Part shown: positions 1-9,913 of the stretch, in pieces
Layout of the letters: each line of letters opens with the position of its first letter
Numbering within the stretch: the first letter of the stretch is position 1
DNA from: Candidatus Eiseniibacteriota bacterium
GTDB lineage: Bacteria; Eisenbacteria; RBG-16-71-46; CAZAMP01
Assembly: GCA_965224245.1 (NCBI GenBank)
Contig: OZ245046.1
Span: 512,001-576,000, forward strand
DNA: 64,000 nucleotides
Reading direction: 5' to 3'
Translations under genes and position numbers: made by a program
Notes under the pieces: model-generated
The model's input: the letters and a program-made list of their open reading frames with translations, nothing else
Databases searched by the model: none
Told to the model about the DNA's origin: nothing

Positions 1-1
1 G

Positions 2-394
2 ATCCTCGTGCCGCTCCTGGCGGTGCTGGGCGTCAGCACCTGGAGCCGGCACGTTCCGCGCTCGAGCTCGGCGGCCACGGTCGGCGGGGCCGAGCTGGAT
101 CCGGCGTCGTTCTGCATCGTCATTCGCAACGGGAACGGTCGCCACGGAGAGGCCTCGCGCGCGGCCTCGATGCTTCGTGGGCGCGGCTTCCGGGTGGAGG
201 ACACCCTGAACGCCGATCGGTTCGACTACCCGCACACGCTGGTCGTCGATTGCGGCGGCAACGCCGCGCACGCGGGGGCGGTCGCCGAGGCGCTCGGGGG
301 CGTCGCCGTGGTTCGTCAGCGTCGCGAGTTTCCGTGCGGCGTCGAGGTCGTGCTGGGTGAGGACTGGTCGTCGGTGGACGAGTGGTCGAAGTGA
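2..394 (+). CDS. LytR C-terminal domain protein (5' end probably outside window)
   Basis: Frame is open from the window edge. 'IVIRNGNGRHGEASRAASMLRGRGFRV..TLNAD..Y..TLVV' and 'VEVVLGED' match the LytR_C pattern. Confidence 0.75.
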   Translation: MLVPLLAVLGVSTWSRHVPRSSSAATVGGAELDPASFCIVIRNGNGRHGEASRAASMLRGRGFRVEDTLNADRFDYPHTLVVDCGGNAAHAGAVAEALGGVAVVRQRREFPCGVEVVLGEDWSSVDEWSK

Positions 395-406
395 GGAGTC
401 TCCGAC

Positions 407-601
407 ATGGGACCGTTGGGCTTTCGTGAGCTGCTGATCATCGTGTTTCTGATCGTGATCCTGTTCGGCGCGAGGCGCATTCCCGAGCTGATGCGTTCGC
501 TCGGAACGGGCTTTCGCGAGTTCAAGCAGGGGATCTCCGGCGCGGACGAGAATCCGCCCACCCAGAAGGAGATCGACCAGGAGGAGAAGAAGCACTCGTA
601 G
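407..601 (+). CDS. tatA: Twin-arginine translocase TatA/E subunit
   Basis: N-terminal TM helix, then 'LFGARRIPELMRSLGTGFREFKQG' (FG hinge, amphipathic helix, FK). GAGGAG RBS upstream. Confidence 0.93.
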   Translation: MGPLGFRELLIIVFLIVILFGARRIPELMRSLGTGFREFKQGISGADENPPTQKEIDQEEKKHS

Positions 602-746
602 CGACGCGGGCGCCACCGCGGTTGCAAGGCTCGGAGCACCCTCGGTCGTTCGGAACGCGGTTCGGGTCGGGCGCGATTCCCGCGGATGCGCTATCCTCGT
701 ACGGTTCCCCCACACCCGCACCTCATCCCCCTGGAGGTTTTCAGCC

Positions 747-2549
747 ATGCGTGGCTCCCCACCGTCCCCTGCGATCGTGGCCGTCCTCGCTCTCGTCCTC
801 CTCTCGACCGCGCCCGCGGTCGCCGGCGAGGTCGCCCCCACGTTTCAGATCCGGGAGATCGATGCCGAGCGATCGGCGCGAACCCTCCACTGGCTCGCGG
901 CCGCGCCCGAGGAGCGTGCCGACACCCGGGTCTGGGTATTTCTGACCGACAAGAACGTCTTCGACTCGGAGAGCTGTGATGCACGCCTCGATGCGCTCGA
1001 GGCCACGCTCGATCCCCACGCGGCGCGGCGCCGGCACAGGTCGATGGGAACGCGTCCGGTCGACTTCCACGACCTTCCGGTTGCCGACGTCCACGTGGCC
1101 GCGATCGAGGCGCTCGGTGCCCGCGTGCACCGCCGGAGCCGCTGGCTGAACGCCGTCAGCGTCGAGGCGTCACTCGACGTGCTCGAGCGGGTGGCGTCCG
1201 AGCCCTTCGTGGCCTGGCTCGAGCCGGTTCGCGGCTATCGGTTCACTCCGCCGACACCCGATCTCGACGCACCGGCGCCGCCGCCGTCGACGCGGCGGGT
1301 CGGGGACATCTTCGACTATGGCACCTCGCGCGATCAGCTGGCCGAGATCGGCGTCATCGACGCACACAACCTCGGCTACTCGGGCGCGGGCGTGCGGGTG
1401 GCCATGCTCGACACGGGCTTCTACTACGATCACGAGGCCTTCGCGACGTGCCTGTCCGACGGGCGGCTGATCGCACAGTGGGACTTCATCCAGGACGACG
1501 GCGACACGCAGAACGACGGATCTCCCGCCGACGCCGATCAGCACAACCACGGCACCTACACGTGGTCCACCACCGGCGGCCTGGCCGAGGGCGAGGTGAT
1601 CGGACCCGCCTACGGGGCCGAGTTCCTGCTCGCGAAGACCGAGGAGGTCTACGACGAGCACTCGGGCGAGGAGGACAACTGGGTCGCCGCCCTCGAGTGG
1701 GCCGACACGAACGGGGCCGACGTGATCTCGAGCTCGCTCGGCTGGATCGACTGGTACACCTGGGCCGACCTCGACGGGAACACCGCGCCGTCCACGATCG
1801 CGGTCGATCTGGCGGTCGGGCGCGGGATCGTCGTGTGCAACTCGGCCGGCAACGAGGGCACGCAGGACTGGCACTACGTCATCGTGCCCGCCGACGCCGA
1901 CTCCGTCATCTCGGTGGGCGCCGTCGACGAGTTCAACGTGCTCGCGGACTTCTCGAGCCACGGACCCACCGACGACGGTCGCACCAAGCCCGAGGTGGTT
2001 GCGCGCGGCGTCAGCACGTACTGTGCGATTCCGCCCGAGCTGGGCGCGTCGTACTGGTGGCTCTCGGGCACGTCGCTGTCGTGTCCCCTGGTGTCCGGCT
2101 GCGCGGCGCTCGTCGTCGAGGCGCGCCCGGCGGCATCCGCGGCACAGATCCGCCTGGCGCTGATGGCCACGGCCGACAACGCGTCCACACCCGACAACGA
2201 CCGGGGATGGGGGCGGATCGACGTCGCGGCCGCGATCGAGTACCTCGCCGCGGCGTCGACTCCGGCCACCGGTCCGCTCGTGGCCTCGGGGCTGCGCGCC
2301 ACGCCGAACCCGACGCGCCGGTCGACACGCATCGAGTACCGGCTGCCGGCGACCGGCGGCGACGCCGACCTCGAGCTCTACGGGGCGAACGGACGGCTCG
2401 TGCGGCACTTCGTCGTCACGGCCGGCGGCGGAGGCGTGAGCTGGGACGGTCGCGACGCGGACGGACAGCCGGTCGCCCCCGGCGTCTATCTCGTCCGCCT
2501 CACTGCCGGCGAGTGGCGCGCGACGACGAAGGTGGTCGTGCAGCCGTGA
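747..2549 (+). CDS. Secreted S8 (subtilisin-like) serine peptidase with C-terminal FlgD-Ig/T9SS-like domain
   Basis: Signal peptide. Catalytic motifs AMLDTG, HNHGT and SGTSLSCP, oxyanion SAGN. Tail 'TPNP...LYGANGRLVR...WDGRDADG..VAPGVYLVRL'. GGAGG RBS. Confidence 0.92.
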   Translation: MRGSPPSPAIVAVLALVLLSTAPAVAGEVAPTFQIREIDAERSARTLHWLAAAPEERADTRVWVFLTDKNVFDSESCDARLDALEATLDPHAARRRHRSMGTRPVDFHDLPVADVHVAAIEALGARVHRRSRWLNAVSVEASLDVLERVASEPFVAWLEPVRGYRFTPPTPDLDAPAPPPSTRRVGDIFDYGTSRDQLAEIGVIDAHNLGYSGAGVRVAMLDTGFYYDHEAFATCLSDGRLIAQWDFIQDDGDTQNDGSPADADQHNHGTYTWSTTGGLAEGEVIGPAYGAEFLLAKTEEVYDEHSGEEDNWVAALEWADTNGADVISSSLGWIDWYTWADLDGNTAPSTIAVDLAVGRGIVVCNSAGNEGTQDWHYVIVPADADSVISVGAVDEFNVLADFSSHGPTDDGRTKPEVVARGVSTYCAIPPELGASYWWLSGTSLSCPLVSGCAALVVEARPAASAAQIRLALMATADNASTPDNDRGWGRIDVAAAIEYLAAASTPATGPLVASGLRATPNPTRRSTRIEYRLPATGGDADLELYGANGRLVRHFVVTAGGGGVSWDGRDADGQPVAPGVYLVRLTAGEWRATTKVVVQP

Positions 2550-2556
2550 CTCTCAC

Positions 2557-2601
2557 ATCGGGCCCGATGCGCCGATCGGGCCCGATGCGCCGATCGGCCG
2601 A
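2557..2601. repeat. 18-bp tandem repeat (2 full copies plus a partial third) with palindromic core
   Basis: ATCGGGCCCGATGCGCCG at 2557-2574 and 2575-2592, partial copy at 2593-2601. The core ATCGGGCCCGAT is self-complementary. Confidence 0.8.
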
Positions 2602-2732
2602 CTCCGCGGGGGAGCCGGTGCGATGAAATGAGACGGGCCATCGGTCAGCGCGTCTCGCACGGTCCAGACAGAGGGAAGCCACCACCCACGTCCGTGCGCC
2701 CGGGGCGCTCCAGATCGATCAGCCCGGCCGCG

Positions 2733-3440
2733 TCAGTACTGGAACCGTACCCCACCGCGCAGATAGGTCCCGCTGGCCCGCGCCGTGTATCGGATCGTCG
2801 CGAACCCGTCGTCATCTTCCTTGTGCGGCTGCGAGCGGACGTAGCCGGCCTCGCCGAAGAGGCTCACCTGGTCGTCGATCGGCTGCTCGATGCCGCCTCC
2901 GAGGTGCCAGCCGAGTCCGAAGAACGTGTCGTGGGTGATGCCGCGGTCGGAGCGGCCCGAGTAGTGCAGGGCATCGCCGTCCGCCGCGCGCAGGTGGAGG
3001 ATGTTCCACGAGAGGCCGGCCTCCGCGAAGGGTACGGGCCCCGTGCGGCCGGTCGGGAAGCGCATGCGTCCGACGACGCCGAGCCTGAGCAGGTGGACCG
3101 ACGATGCGTACGCGTTCGTGGATCCCTCGATCGGGATGTCGTACGGCCCGTCGAGGTCCTCGGCCTCGCCCGACGAGTTGTAGCGCGATCGGTAGAAGTA
3201 GTCGGTCGCGAAGCCGAACTCGAACGTCTCGGCCGATCGTGTCGCGAGCTCGAGCCCGCCGTAGATGCCGCCGTCGGCGCCGGTGGCACTGGGGTCGTAC
3301 GCGCCGAGCTTGACCGACGTGACGGTTCCCTGCCCCCAGCTGTGCCAGTGCCGTGCGGACGCGACGCCGGGATCGGTGAGGGTGACCGCGAGCGCGATCA
3401 GCGCGGCGGGGGGTAGCGCTCTGGCGAGATGGCGGGACAT
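2733..3440 (-). CDS. Outer-membrane beta-barrel protein (small, OmpA/OmpW-like)
   Basis: Signal peptide, amphipathic Gly/aromatic beta strands, C-terminal 'YLRGGVRFQY' beta signal, GGAGGAG RBS. Confidence 0.75.
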   Translation of the reverse strand: MSRHLARALPPAALIALAVTLTDPGVASARHWHSWGQGTVTSVKLGAYDPSATGADGGIYGGLELATRSAETFEFGFATDYFYRSRYNSSGEAEDLDGPYDIPIEGSTNAYASSVHLLRLGVVGRMRFPTGRTGPVPFAEAGLSWNILHLRAADGDALHYSGRSDRGITHDTFFGLGWHLGGGIEQPIDDQVSLFGEAGYVRSQPHKEDDDGFATIRYTARASGTYLRGGVRFQY

Positions 3441-3803
3441 GGTGCGCTCCTCCAGGACGTGGTGGTCGACGCGAACGGGAACCGCGAGAGTCCGGGCGCC
3501 AGGGTGTCGGCGAAAGTCGAGGCCCGGACCCTCGCGGCATTCGGCCCCTGGAGCAGCAAGGTGCGGGCCACCGCCGCGCGGAGGAGCCTAACGGAAAGGG
3601 TCGTAACCGTTTGCGGTGAGATCCGGAGGTGCAGCCCGTGGCTCCCACGTGGCAGAGGTGCATCGCGGTGCCGCGACACGTGTGGCGTGCGTGCGACAGT
3701 TTCGGGCCCGCGGGGGGCGAGCGGAGGCGGTCGGGTGCGCCCGACGCCGCCGCGAGTCCGCGGGCGCCGAGCGCTCGGCCGGGGGGCGGTTGCTCCCCGG
3801 CGA

Positions 3804-5654
3804 CTAGAGCGAGGCGGTCCGGACTCGCCGCAGATCGATGATCTTGGCCTCGGAACGCAATCGTTCCAGGTAGCTGGCGAGGATCTCGTTGGCCTTCATG
3901 GTCGAGATGTCGCCGACGAGGCCCGCCGGTGCAGCCGTCGGGTCCTCGGCTCCCTCGACCGCGAGGCTGGCGGGAGCGGGGTCGCGCTCGTCGAGGCGCA
4001 TCACGATGTAGTCGCCGGACTCGATCTGATAAGGACCGGCGACCTCGCCGATCGACATCCCGAACGCCGTGCCCATGATCACCGGGTCCTTGCCGATCCC
4101 CGAGATCGCGGTGTATCGCGCGAACGGATTCGAGGTCTGAAGGCGCAACAGCGAATCGGATTCCGCGATGGTCTCGAGCGTATCGCCCGCCCGGACGCGG
4201 GCCATGATTCCCTCGGCCGCGGACTTGGCCTGTGCCTCGCCTCGCTCGCGGACCATGTCGTTGCGCACGCGGAACTCGACCTCCGACAGGTCGGGAGCGA
4301 CGCCCGGTCCGCGTGAGTCGAGCCGGAACACGTACCAGCCGGCTGCGGACTCGAATGGATCGCTGATCTCGCCCACCTCCGCCGCATGCACGAACGTCTT
4401 CAGCTCGTCGAACACGGCCACCCGCGGGATGAAGAAGCTCTCGCCCGAGATGTCGATCGGCTCTGTCGTGACCAGATGCACGTCCGACGTGTCCGCGATC
4501 GCCTCGAACGACTTGCCCCGGCGGGCCTCCTCGTAGAGCCCGTACATCCGGCCGGCGATGTCGGCGGACGTGGAGGAGGAGACCTTCACACGCTGGCGGA
4601 TGTCCTTGACGCGATACTGGCGCTGATCGCCGTCGGTCTTGACCGAGTCGAGCATCACGATGTGGAACCCGAACTGATCCTGGAAGGGAGACGAGTACGT
4701 GCCCTCCTCCAGCGTGTCGAGCACGGCCTGGAGCTCCAGCGTCATTTCCGGCGAGCTGGAGTCCATGAAGAGGCCCGCCGGACCGCCACGCTGGCTCTGT
4801 GGGGCTTCCGAGTGGATGTTCATGAGGAGGTCGAACTCCTCACCCGCTTGCAGCTCGAGGTACGTGGCCTCGAACAGATCCCGCGTCTCCAGGGTGTCGA
4901 GCGCGCTCGGTGTGCGATCGAAGTGCAGGTACGACAGGACGGCGGACTCCTCCGGCGCGTAGTCCGCGGCGTGGTCGCCGTAGTAGGCCCGAACCTCGTC
5001 CTCGGGCAGCTCCGCCGCGATCCCACCGTACGCGGCGGTCGCGACGCGGATGAACGAGATCGTGGCCTGCTGACGCCGGGCCGCATGCGTCTCGATCGTC
5101 TCGGCGGCGGAGGCGCGGCCGCCGAACTCGATCTGCGCGCGGAGGTTGTCGACCGGGGTGCGGCGCATCCGGCTCTGGATCAGCGCCTCACGGTACTGGG
5201 GCACGCTCAGCGCATCGTAGTAGCGATTGACGTCGAAGCGGCCCTGCGCGTCGAGGAACAGGGGACTGGTGAGGACCTCCGGCGGGGGGTCCTGACTCAG
5301 CTCGCGCAGGACCCGATCGCGATCGGTACCCAGCCCGCGCTTCTCGGCGGCCTGCCTGAGGAGCACGTCTTCGATGAGCTGGTTGTACGTGCGCGCGGCC
5401 ATCTGGACGCGGGCCTGATCGGTTCCGCCTCCCGGCCCGTACACGGACTCGAGCGTCTGCGTGAGGGTCTGCTGATAGAGCTCGTAGGAGATCGGCTCAC
5501 CGTTGACGACGGCCACGGCCCCCGGCATGCCGCTGTTCTCGGGCGCGCAGCCGGTCGATCCTCGACCGATGTCCAGGAAGATGAACCCGACGATGAACGC
5601 AAAGATCGTCACGATGAAGATCGGTTTCGTGTTGTTCCTGAGCGCCTGCATCAT
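3804..5654 (-). CDS. ppiD: PpiD/SurA-N family periplasmic chaperone / parvulin-type peptidyl-prolyl isomerase
   Basis: 'MMQALRNNTK' followed by a TM anchor, SurA-N 'VAVVNGEPIS', parvulin-like 'SSPFQDQFGFHIV' and 'SDPFESAAGWYVFRL', C-terminal 'YLERLRSEAKIID'. Confidence 0.8.
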   Translation of the reverse strand: MMQALRNNTKPIFIVTIFAFIVGFIFLDIGRGSTGCAPENSGMPGAVAVVNGEPISYELYQQTLTQTLESVYGPGGGTDQARVQMAARTYNQLIEDVLLRQAAEKRGLGTDRDRVLRELSQDPPPEVLTSPLFLDAQGRFDVNRYYDALSVPQYREALIQSRMRRTPVDNLRAQIEFGGRASAAETIETHAARRQQATISFIRVATAAYGGIAAELPEDEVRAYYGDHAADYAPEESAVLSYLHFDRTPSALDTLETRDLFEATYLELQAGEEFDLLMNIHSEAPQSQRGGPAGLFMDSSSPEMTLELQAVLDTLEEGTYSSPFQDQFGFHIVMLDSVKTDGDQRQYRVKDIRQRVKVSSSTSADIAGRMYGLYEEARRGKSFEAIADTSDVHLVTTEPIDISGESFFIPRVAVFDELKTFVHAAEVGEISDPFESAAGWYVFRLDSRGPGVAPDLSEVEFRVRNDMVRERGEAQAKSAAEGIMARVRAGDTLETIAESDSLLRLQTSNPFARYTAISGIGKDPVIMGTAFGMSIGEVAGPYQIESGDYIVMRLDERDPAPASLAVEGAEDPTAAPAGLVGDISTMKANEILASYLERLRSEAKIIDLRRVRTASL

Positions 5655-5760
5655 GGCTACGAGTCTCCGGGTTCGGCGCCCGCTCGGCGCCCGCGGTGCC
5701 GAGCATCTTCGCGCGCGGCTCCGAAATCATTCAATGACGAGGGGTTAAACGAGACCAGGG

Positions 5761-5788
5761 AGAGTAACACGAGCCCCCGGCGGGGCAA
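5761..5788 (-). promoter_or_regulatory. Putative sigma-70 promoter for ppiD
   Basis: Minus strand reads TTGCCC-N16-TACTCT with an extended -10 TGn, in the divergent ppiD/trkA intergenic region. Confidence 0.4.
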
Positions 5789-5843
5789 ACTCTTTCTGGG
5801 GCGGCCGCTGGGCCCCCCGCCCGCCGAGTCCCCCGCGGATTGC

Positions 5844-5873
5844 TTGACGGGTCGCGGCCATCCTGCCTACCGT
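5844..5873 (+). promoter_or_regulatory. Putative sigma-70 promoter for the trkA operon
   Basis: TTGACG-N18-TACCGT about 60 bp upstream of the trkA GTG. Confidence 0.5.
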
Positions 5874-5932
5874 ACCCGCGCCCGGATCCTCCGGGTGGAT
5901 CGTCCCGCACACCTCCGGGAGTCAACCGTTAC

Positions 5933-7264
5933 GTGCATGCCGTTGTCGTCGGCGCCGGGATGGTGGGGCAGAACCTCGCGGAAGCCCTCTATCGCGAGGG
6001 CCACAACGTCACGATCGTGGACACGAGCCGCAACGCCCTCGAACGCGCCTCGGAAAACCTCGACATCCAGACCTACCAGGGCCATGGCGCCGACGCCGAC
6101 CTCCTGGCCCAGATCGGCGTTCCCGGGGCTGAGTTCTTCATGGCCGTCACCGACGTCGACGAGATCAATCTCCTGGCCTGTCTGGTGGCCAAGGAGCTGG
6201 GTGCGCTCCTGACCGTCGCGCGCGTGACGAGCCGCGTCTATCTGGGGGGGCGCCGGACTCTCTACCGCAACCTGATGGGCGTGGACATCGCCGTCAGCCC
6301 CGAGAACCTGACCGCCATGGAGATCGGGCGGCACGCCCGGGCGGCCGGCGTCGTCGCGATCCACACGCTCACCGGCGGCCGGCTCGCCTTGCGCGAGGTG
6401 TGCATCTCCGAGCAGACGGCGCCGGTCGGGATCCCGGTGCGCGATCTCGAGCTCGCGTCGGGGACGCTCTTGGCCATGGTCATGCACGATGGGCACGCCA
6501 CCGTCCCCAGCGGCGACGATCTCGTCCAGGCCGGGGACGACGTGTTCCTCCTGGGGCACGCCAAGGAGGTCGAGGAGACGTCCAAGCGGCTCGGCAAGGA
6601 GGTGGGGCGCGTCGCGCGCGCGATCGTGGTGGGTGGCGGGAGCATCGGGCTGCTCGCGGCGCAGTCGCTGGCGGATCTTCGCGTCGACGTGCGCCTGATC
6701 GACAAGGACGCGGCCCGCTGCCGCCAGCTCGCCGACAGCCTCGCGCGCGGCGAGGTGCTGCACGGCGACGGCACCGACGTGACCCTCTTGCGCGAGGCCG
6801 GCATCGAGGACATCGATCTCTTCGTGGCGTCGGCCGGACAGGACGAGCTGAACCTGATCCTGGGCATGCTGGCCACCGAGCTCGGCGCGAAGAAGCGAGT
6901 GGTGCTGGTGAAGCGGAGCGACTTCCAGCCGATCGTGGATCGACTCGGCATGGACGCGGCGATCAGCCCCCGCATGATGACCGCCGAGGCCATCATGCGC
7001 TACATCAAGCGGCGCACGTTCACCCCGCTGGCCAGCGTGGGAGCGAATCACGCGATGATCCTGGACACGGTGCTCAGCTCGAACAGCTCGGTCGTCGAGC
7101 GACCCCTCCACGAGGTCGAGCTCCCCCGGGGAACGCTGATCGGCGCGATCATGCGGGGCGATGATCTCCTGATCCCCGATGGGGCACAGGTCATGAAGCC
7201 CGGCGACAACGTGATCGTGTTTGCCCACGCCGAGCACGTGAGCACCCTCGAAAAGGCGTTCTAG
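5933..7264 (+). CDS. trkA: Trk system potassium uptake regulatory subunit TrkA
   Basis: Two RCK_N domains (VVGAGMVG, VVGGGSIG), each followed by RCK_C. Start moved to GTG 5933 (MHAVVVGAG) after GGGAG. Confidence 0.92.
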   Translation: MHAVVVGAGMVGQNLAEALYREGHNVTIVDTSRNALERASENLDIQTYQGHGADADLLAQIGVPGAEFFMAVTDVDEINLLACLVAKELGALLTVARVTSRVYLGGRRTLYRNLMGVDIAVSPENLTAMEIGRHARAAGVVAIHTLTGGRLALREVCISEQTAPVGIPVRDLELASGTLLAMVMHDGHATVPSGDDLVQAGDDVFLLGHAKEVEETSKRLGKEVGRVARAIVVGGGSIGLLAAQSLADLRVDVRLIDKDAARCRQLADSLARGEVLHGDGTDVTLLREAGIEDIDLFVASAGQDELNLILGMLATELGAKKRVVLVKRSDFQPIVDRLGMDAAISPRMMTAEAIMRYIKRRTFTPLASVGANHAMILDTVLSSNSSVVERPLHEVELPRGTLIGAIMRGDDLLIPDGAQVMKPGDNVIVFAHAEHVSTLEKAF

Positions 7265-7335
7265 ATCGATGCCCACGCGGCCGATCTCGTATACTGACGC
7301 GGGTGTCGGCCCCCGACGTCGATCGAGGAGGTGAG

Positions 7336-8607
7336 TTGGAGGACGCTGCGTCCGCGCCGCCCTGGCTGTTCGCGCTGTTCGTGGTCTTGCTGGTGAGCTC
7401 GGGCTTCTTCTCGGGAACCGAGACGGCGTTGTTCTCGCTGGATCGGATGCAGCGGCGCCACTTCGAGAACGACGGATCGCTCCGGGCGCAGCTCGTCCAC
7501 CGCGTCCTGAAGACGCCGCGCCGGCTCCTGTCGACGCTTCTGTTCGGCAACACGTTCGTGAACGTCGCGCTGTCCGTGGTGGCGACCCTCATCTGCGAGC
7601 GCCTCTTCGGCGAGTACGGCCTGGCGGCCGCGATCGCCGGCGCCACGATCCTCGTGTTGATCTTCGGCGAGCTCGTGCCCAAGACGATCGCCGTGAACGC
7701 GCCGGTCGCGCTGTCCCAGTTCGCCATCATGCCCCTGACCCTCTATTCGCGGCTGGCGTCGCCGGCGGTGAGGATCTTCGACCGCGCCGCGCACGGGCTC
7801 CTGACGCTCCTGAAGGTGCCCGAGGAGGGCGACAGCACGCTCAGCTCGTCCGAGGTCGAGTTCATGCTCGAAGAGGCCGGACGCGCCGAGACGCTGACGC
7901 CCACCGAGACGCGCATCGCCCGCAACATCATGCGGTTCTCCGAGACCACGGCCGAGGAGATCATGACGCCGCGGGTGGACGTCGTCTCCGCGCCGCTGGA
8001 CATCTCGCGCGAGGGGCTCACCGCCCGGATGATCGAGGCCCGGCACTCGCGGATCCCGGTATACGAGGGGGACGTCGACAACATCGTCGGCTTCGTCTCC
8101 ACCAAGGAGTTCTTCCTGAACCCCGAGCGGGAGCTGCGCGAGCTCCTGAAGCCGGTGGCGATCTTCCCCGAGGCGGCGAAGCTGCCGCGCATGATGCGCC
8201 ACATGCAGAAGAATCGCCTGAACATGGCCGTCATCGTGAACGAGTACGGGGAGACGATCGGGATCGTCACCACCGAGGATCTCGTCGAGGAGATCGTCGG
8301 CGAGATCTACGACGAGTACGAGAAGGCCGAGGAGCTGATCAAGCCCGTCGGGCAGGACCGCTGGATCATCTCCGGGCGTGCCGCGGTCGAGGACGTCAAC
8401 GAGGCGCTCGGTCTGGCGCTGCCGGACTCCGACTCGGTCACGATGAACGGCTACCTGTGCGACGAGTTCGGCGAGATCCCCCCTCCGGGACGAACGCTCG
8501 ACCGGGAGGGATACCGGTTCACGGTCCACGAATCGGTGCGGCGCCGCATCGTCAGCTGCCGCGTCGAGCGGCTCGGACCGCGCGAGGTACACGCTCATGA
8601 CGCTTGA
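7336..8607 (+). CDS. CNNM/DUF21-CBS-CorC (HlyC/CorC family) transporter
   Basis: 'SGFFSGTETALFSL', 'LIFGELVPK', CBS pair ('HSRIPVY', 'GIVTTEDLVEEIVGEIYDE'). TTG start after GAGGAGG. Confidence 0.92.
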   Translation: MEDAASAPPWLFALFVVLLVSSGFFSGTETALFSLDRMQRRHFENDGSLRAQLVHRVLKTPRRLLSTLLFGNTFVNVALSVVATLICERLFGEYGLAAAIAGATILVLIFGELVPKTIAVNAPVALSQFAIMPLTLYSRLASPAVRIFDRAAHGLLTLLKVPEEGDSTLSSSEVEFMLEEAGRAETLTPTETRIARNIMRFSETTAEEIMTPRVDVVSAPLDISREGLTARMIEARHSRIPVYEGDVDNIVGFVSTKEFFLNPERELRELLKPVAIFPEAAKLPRMMRHMQKNRLNMAVIVNEYGETIGIVTTEDLVEEIVGEIYDEYEKAEELIKPVGQDRWIISGRAAVEDVNEALGLALPDSDSVTMNGYLCDEFGEIPPPGRTLDREGYRFTVHESVRRRIVSCRVERLGPREVHAHDA

Positions 8608-9850
8608 GACGAGCCTCGCGCTGTTCCTGCTGTGTCTGGTCGGGTCGGCGGTCTCGTCCGGCTCCGAGACGGCGCTGGTGTCGGCAAGCCGGCTCAGGCT
8701 GGAGCCGATTCGCTCGGAGGGACGGCGCGCCGCAGCGCTGGCGCTGGGGCTGCTGGAGCAGCGCGATCGCACGCTGGCCGTGACCCTGATCGCGACCAAC
8801 GCGTTCAACATCGCCGCCGGCGCGGTCGCCACGGTGGTCTTCCAGGACTTCTTCGGCGCGGCCGGCTCGATCGTCGCCACCGTCACGGTGACGGTGCTTC
8901 TCCTCGTGTTCAGCGAGATCACGCCGAAGGCGTACTTCCGCCACCACGCCGAGCCCATGCTGATGCACACCGCGGCGGCCTGGCGCGTGCTCTCGGTGCT
9001 GCTCGTGCCGCTCACCTACCCGACCGGCCTGTTCTCGAGCTTTCTGTACCGGATTCTCGGACGCCAGCCCCGTTCGGTCTTCGTGTCGCGTGAGGAGATC
9101 CGGCTGGTTCTGGGCGACTCGGTCGAGGGCGGGGCCATCCGCGATCACGAGCACGAGATGCTGGAATCGGCGCTCGGCTACTCCGAGACCATCGCCCGCG
9201 AGGTGATGGTGCCGATGGCGGACGTCGCGCTCATCGCCGAGAGCGCACGCACCGAGGACGTGCTCGAACTGGTCGGGACGCGCGGCTACACGCGCATCCC
9301 CGTCTTCCGGGACCGGGTCGATCAGATCGTCGGGCTCATCAACGTGTTCGACATCCTGTACGCCGAGAAGCGCCGGACGTTCGCGCGAGCCTACGTGCGC
9401 CCGGCCCGGCTCGTCCCCGACACCAAGCCGATCGACGAGCTGTTCCTGGAGATGCAGCGCGAGCGCGAGAGCCTCGTGGTGGCGGTCAACGAGTTCGGCG
9501 CCTGCATCGGCGTGGTCTCCACCGAGGACATCATCGAGGAGATCTTCGGGGAGCTGTCCGACGAGCACGAGGACGCCACGCCGGAGATCCGGCGGATCGG
9601 CCCGGGGCAGTACCGGGTCAGCGGCCTCAGCGACATCGACGACCTGAACGCCGAGGCCGGCTGGGAGATCCCGAAGGCCACCTACACCACGGTGGGCGGA
9701 TACGTGCTCTTCCGGCTGGGCAGGATCCCGCACCCCGGCGAGTGGTTCGTGGAGGGGGATCTGCGCGTCCGGGTCGTGGACGCCGATCGCTACTCGGTGA
9801 GGTTGGTCGAGATCACCGACACCCAGGCGACGGGGGAAGCCGGCGACTGA
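8597..9850 (+). CDS. Second CNNM/DUF21-CBS-CorC family transporter
   Basis: 'SGSETAL', 'VFSEITPK', 'YTRIPVF', 'TEDIIEEIFGELSDE'. Overlaps the previous gene's 3' end. Confidence 0.92.
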   Translation: MTLETSLALFLLCLVGSAVSSGSETALVSASRLRLEPIRSEGRRAAALALGLLEQRDRTLAVTLIATNAFNIAAGAVATVVFQDFFGAAGSIVATVTVTVLLLVFSEITPKAYFRHHAEPMLMHTAAAWRVLSVLLVPLTYPTGLFSSFLYRILGRQPRSVFVSREEIRLVLGDSVEGGAIRDHEHEMLESALGYSETIAREVMVPMADVALIAESARTEDVLELVGTRGYTRIPVFRDRVDQIVGLINVFDILYAEKRRTFARAYVRPARLVPDTKPIDELFLEMQRERESLVVAVNEFGACIGVVSTEDIIEEIFGELSDEHEDATPEIRRIGPGQYRVSGLSDIDDLNAEAGWEIPKATYTTVGGYVLFRLGRIPHPGEWFVEGDLRVRVVDADRYSVRLVEITDTQATGEAGD

Positions 9851-9913
9851 TCGGACCCGGGGCCGCGCGGCCCCGACCGCCAGCGGCGCGCGGGACCGGA
9901 CGCACCGCACGCG

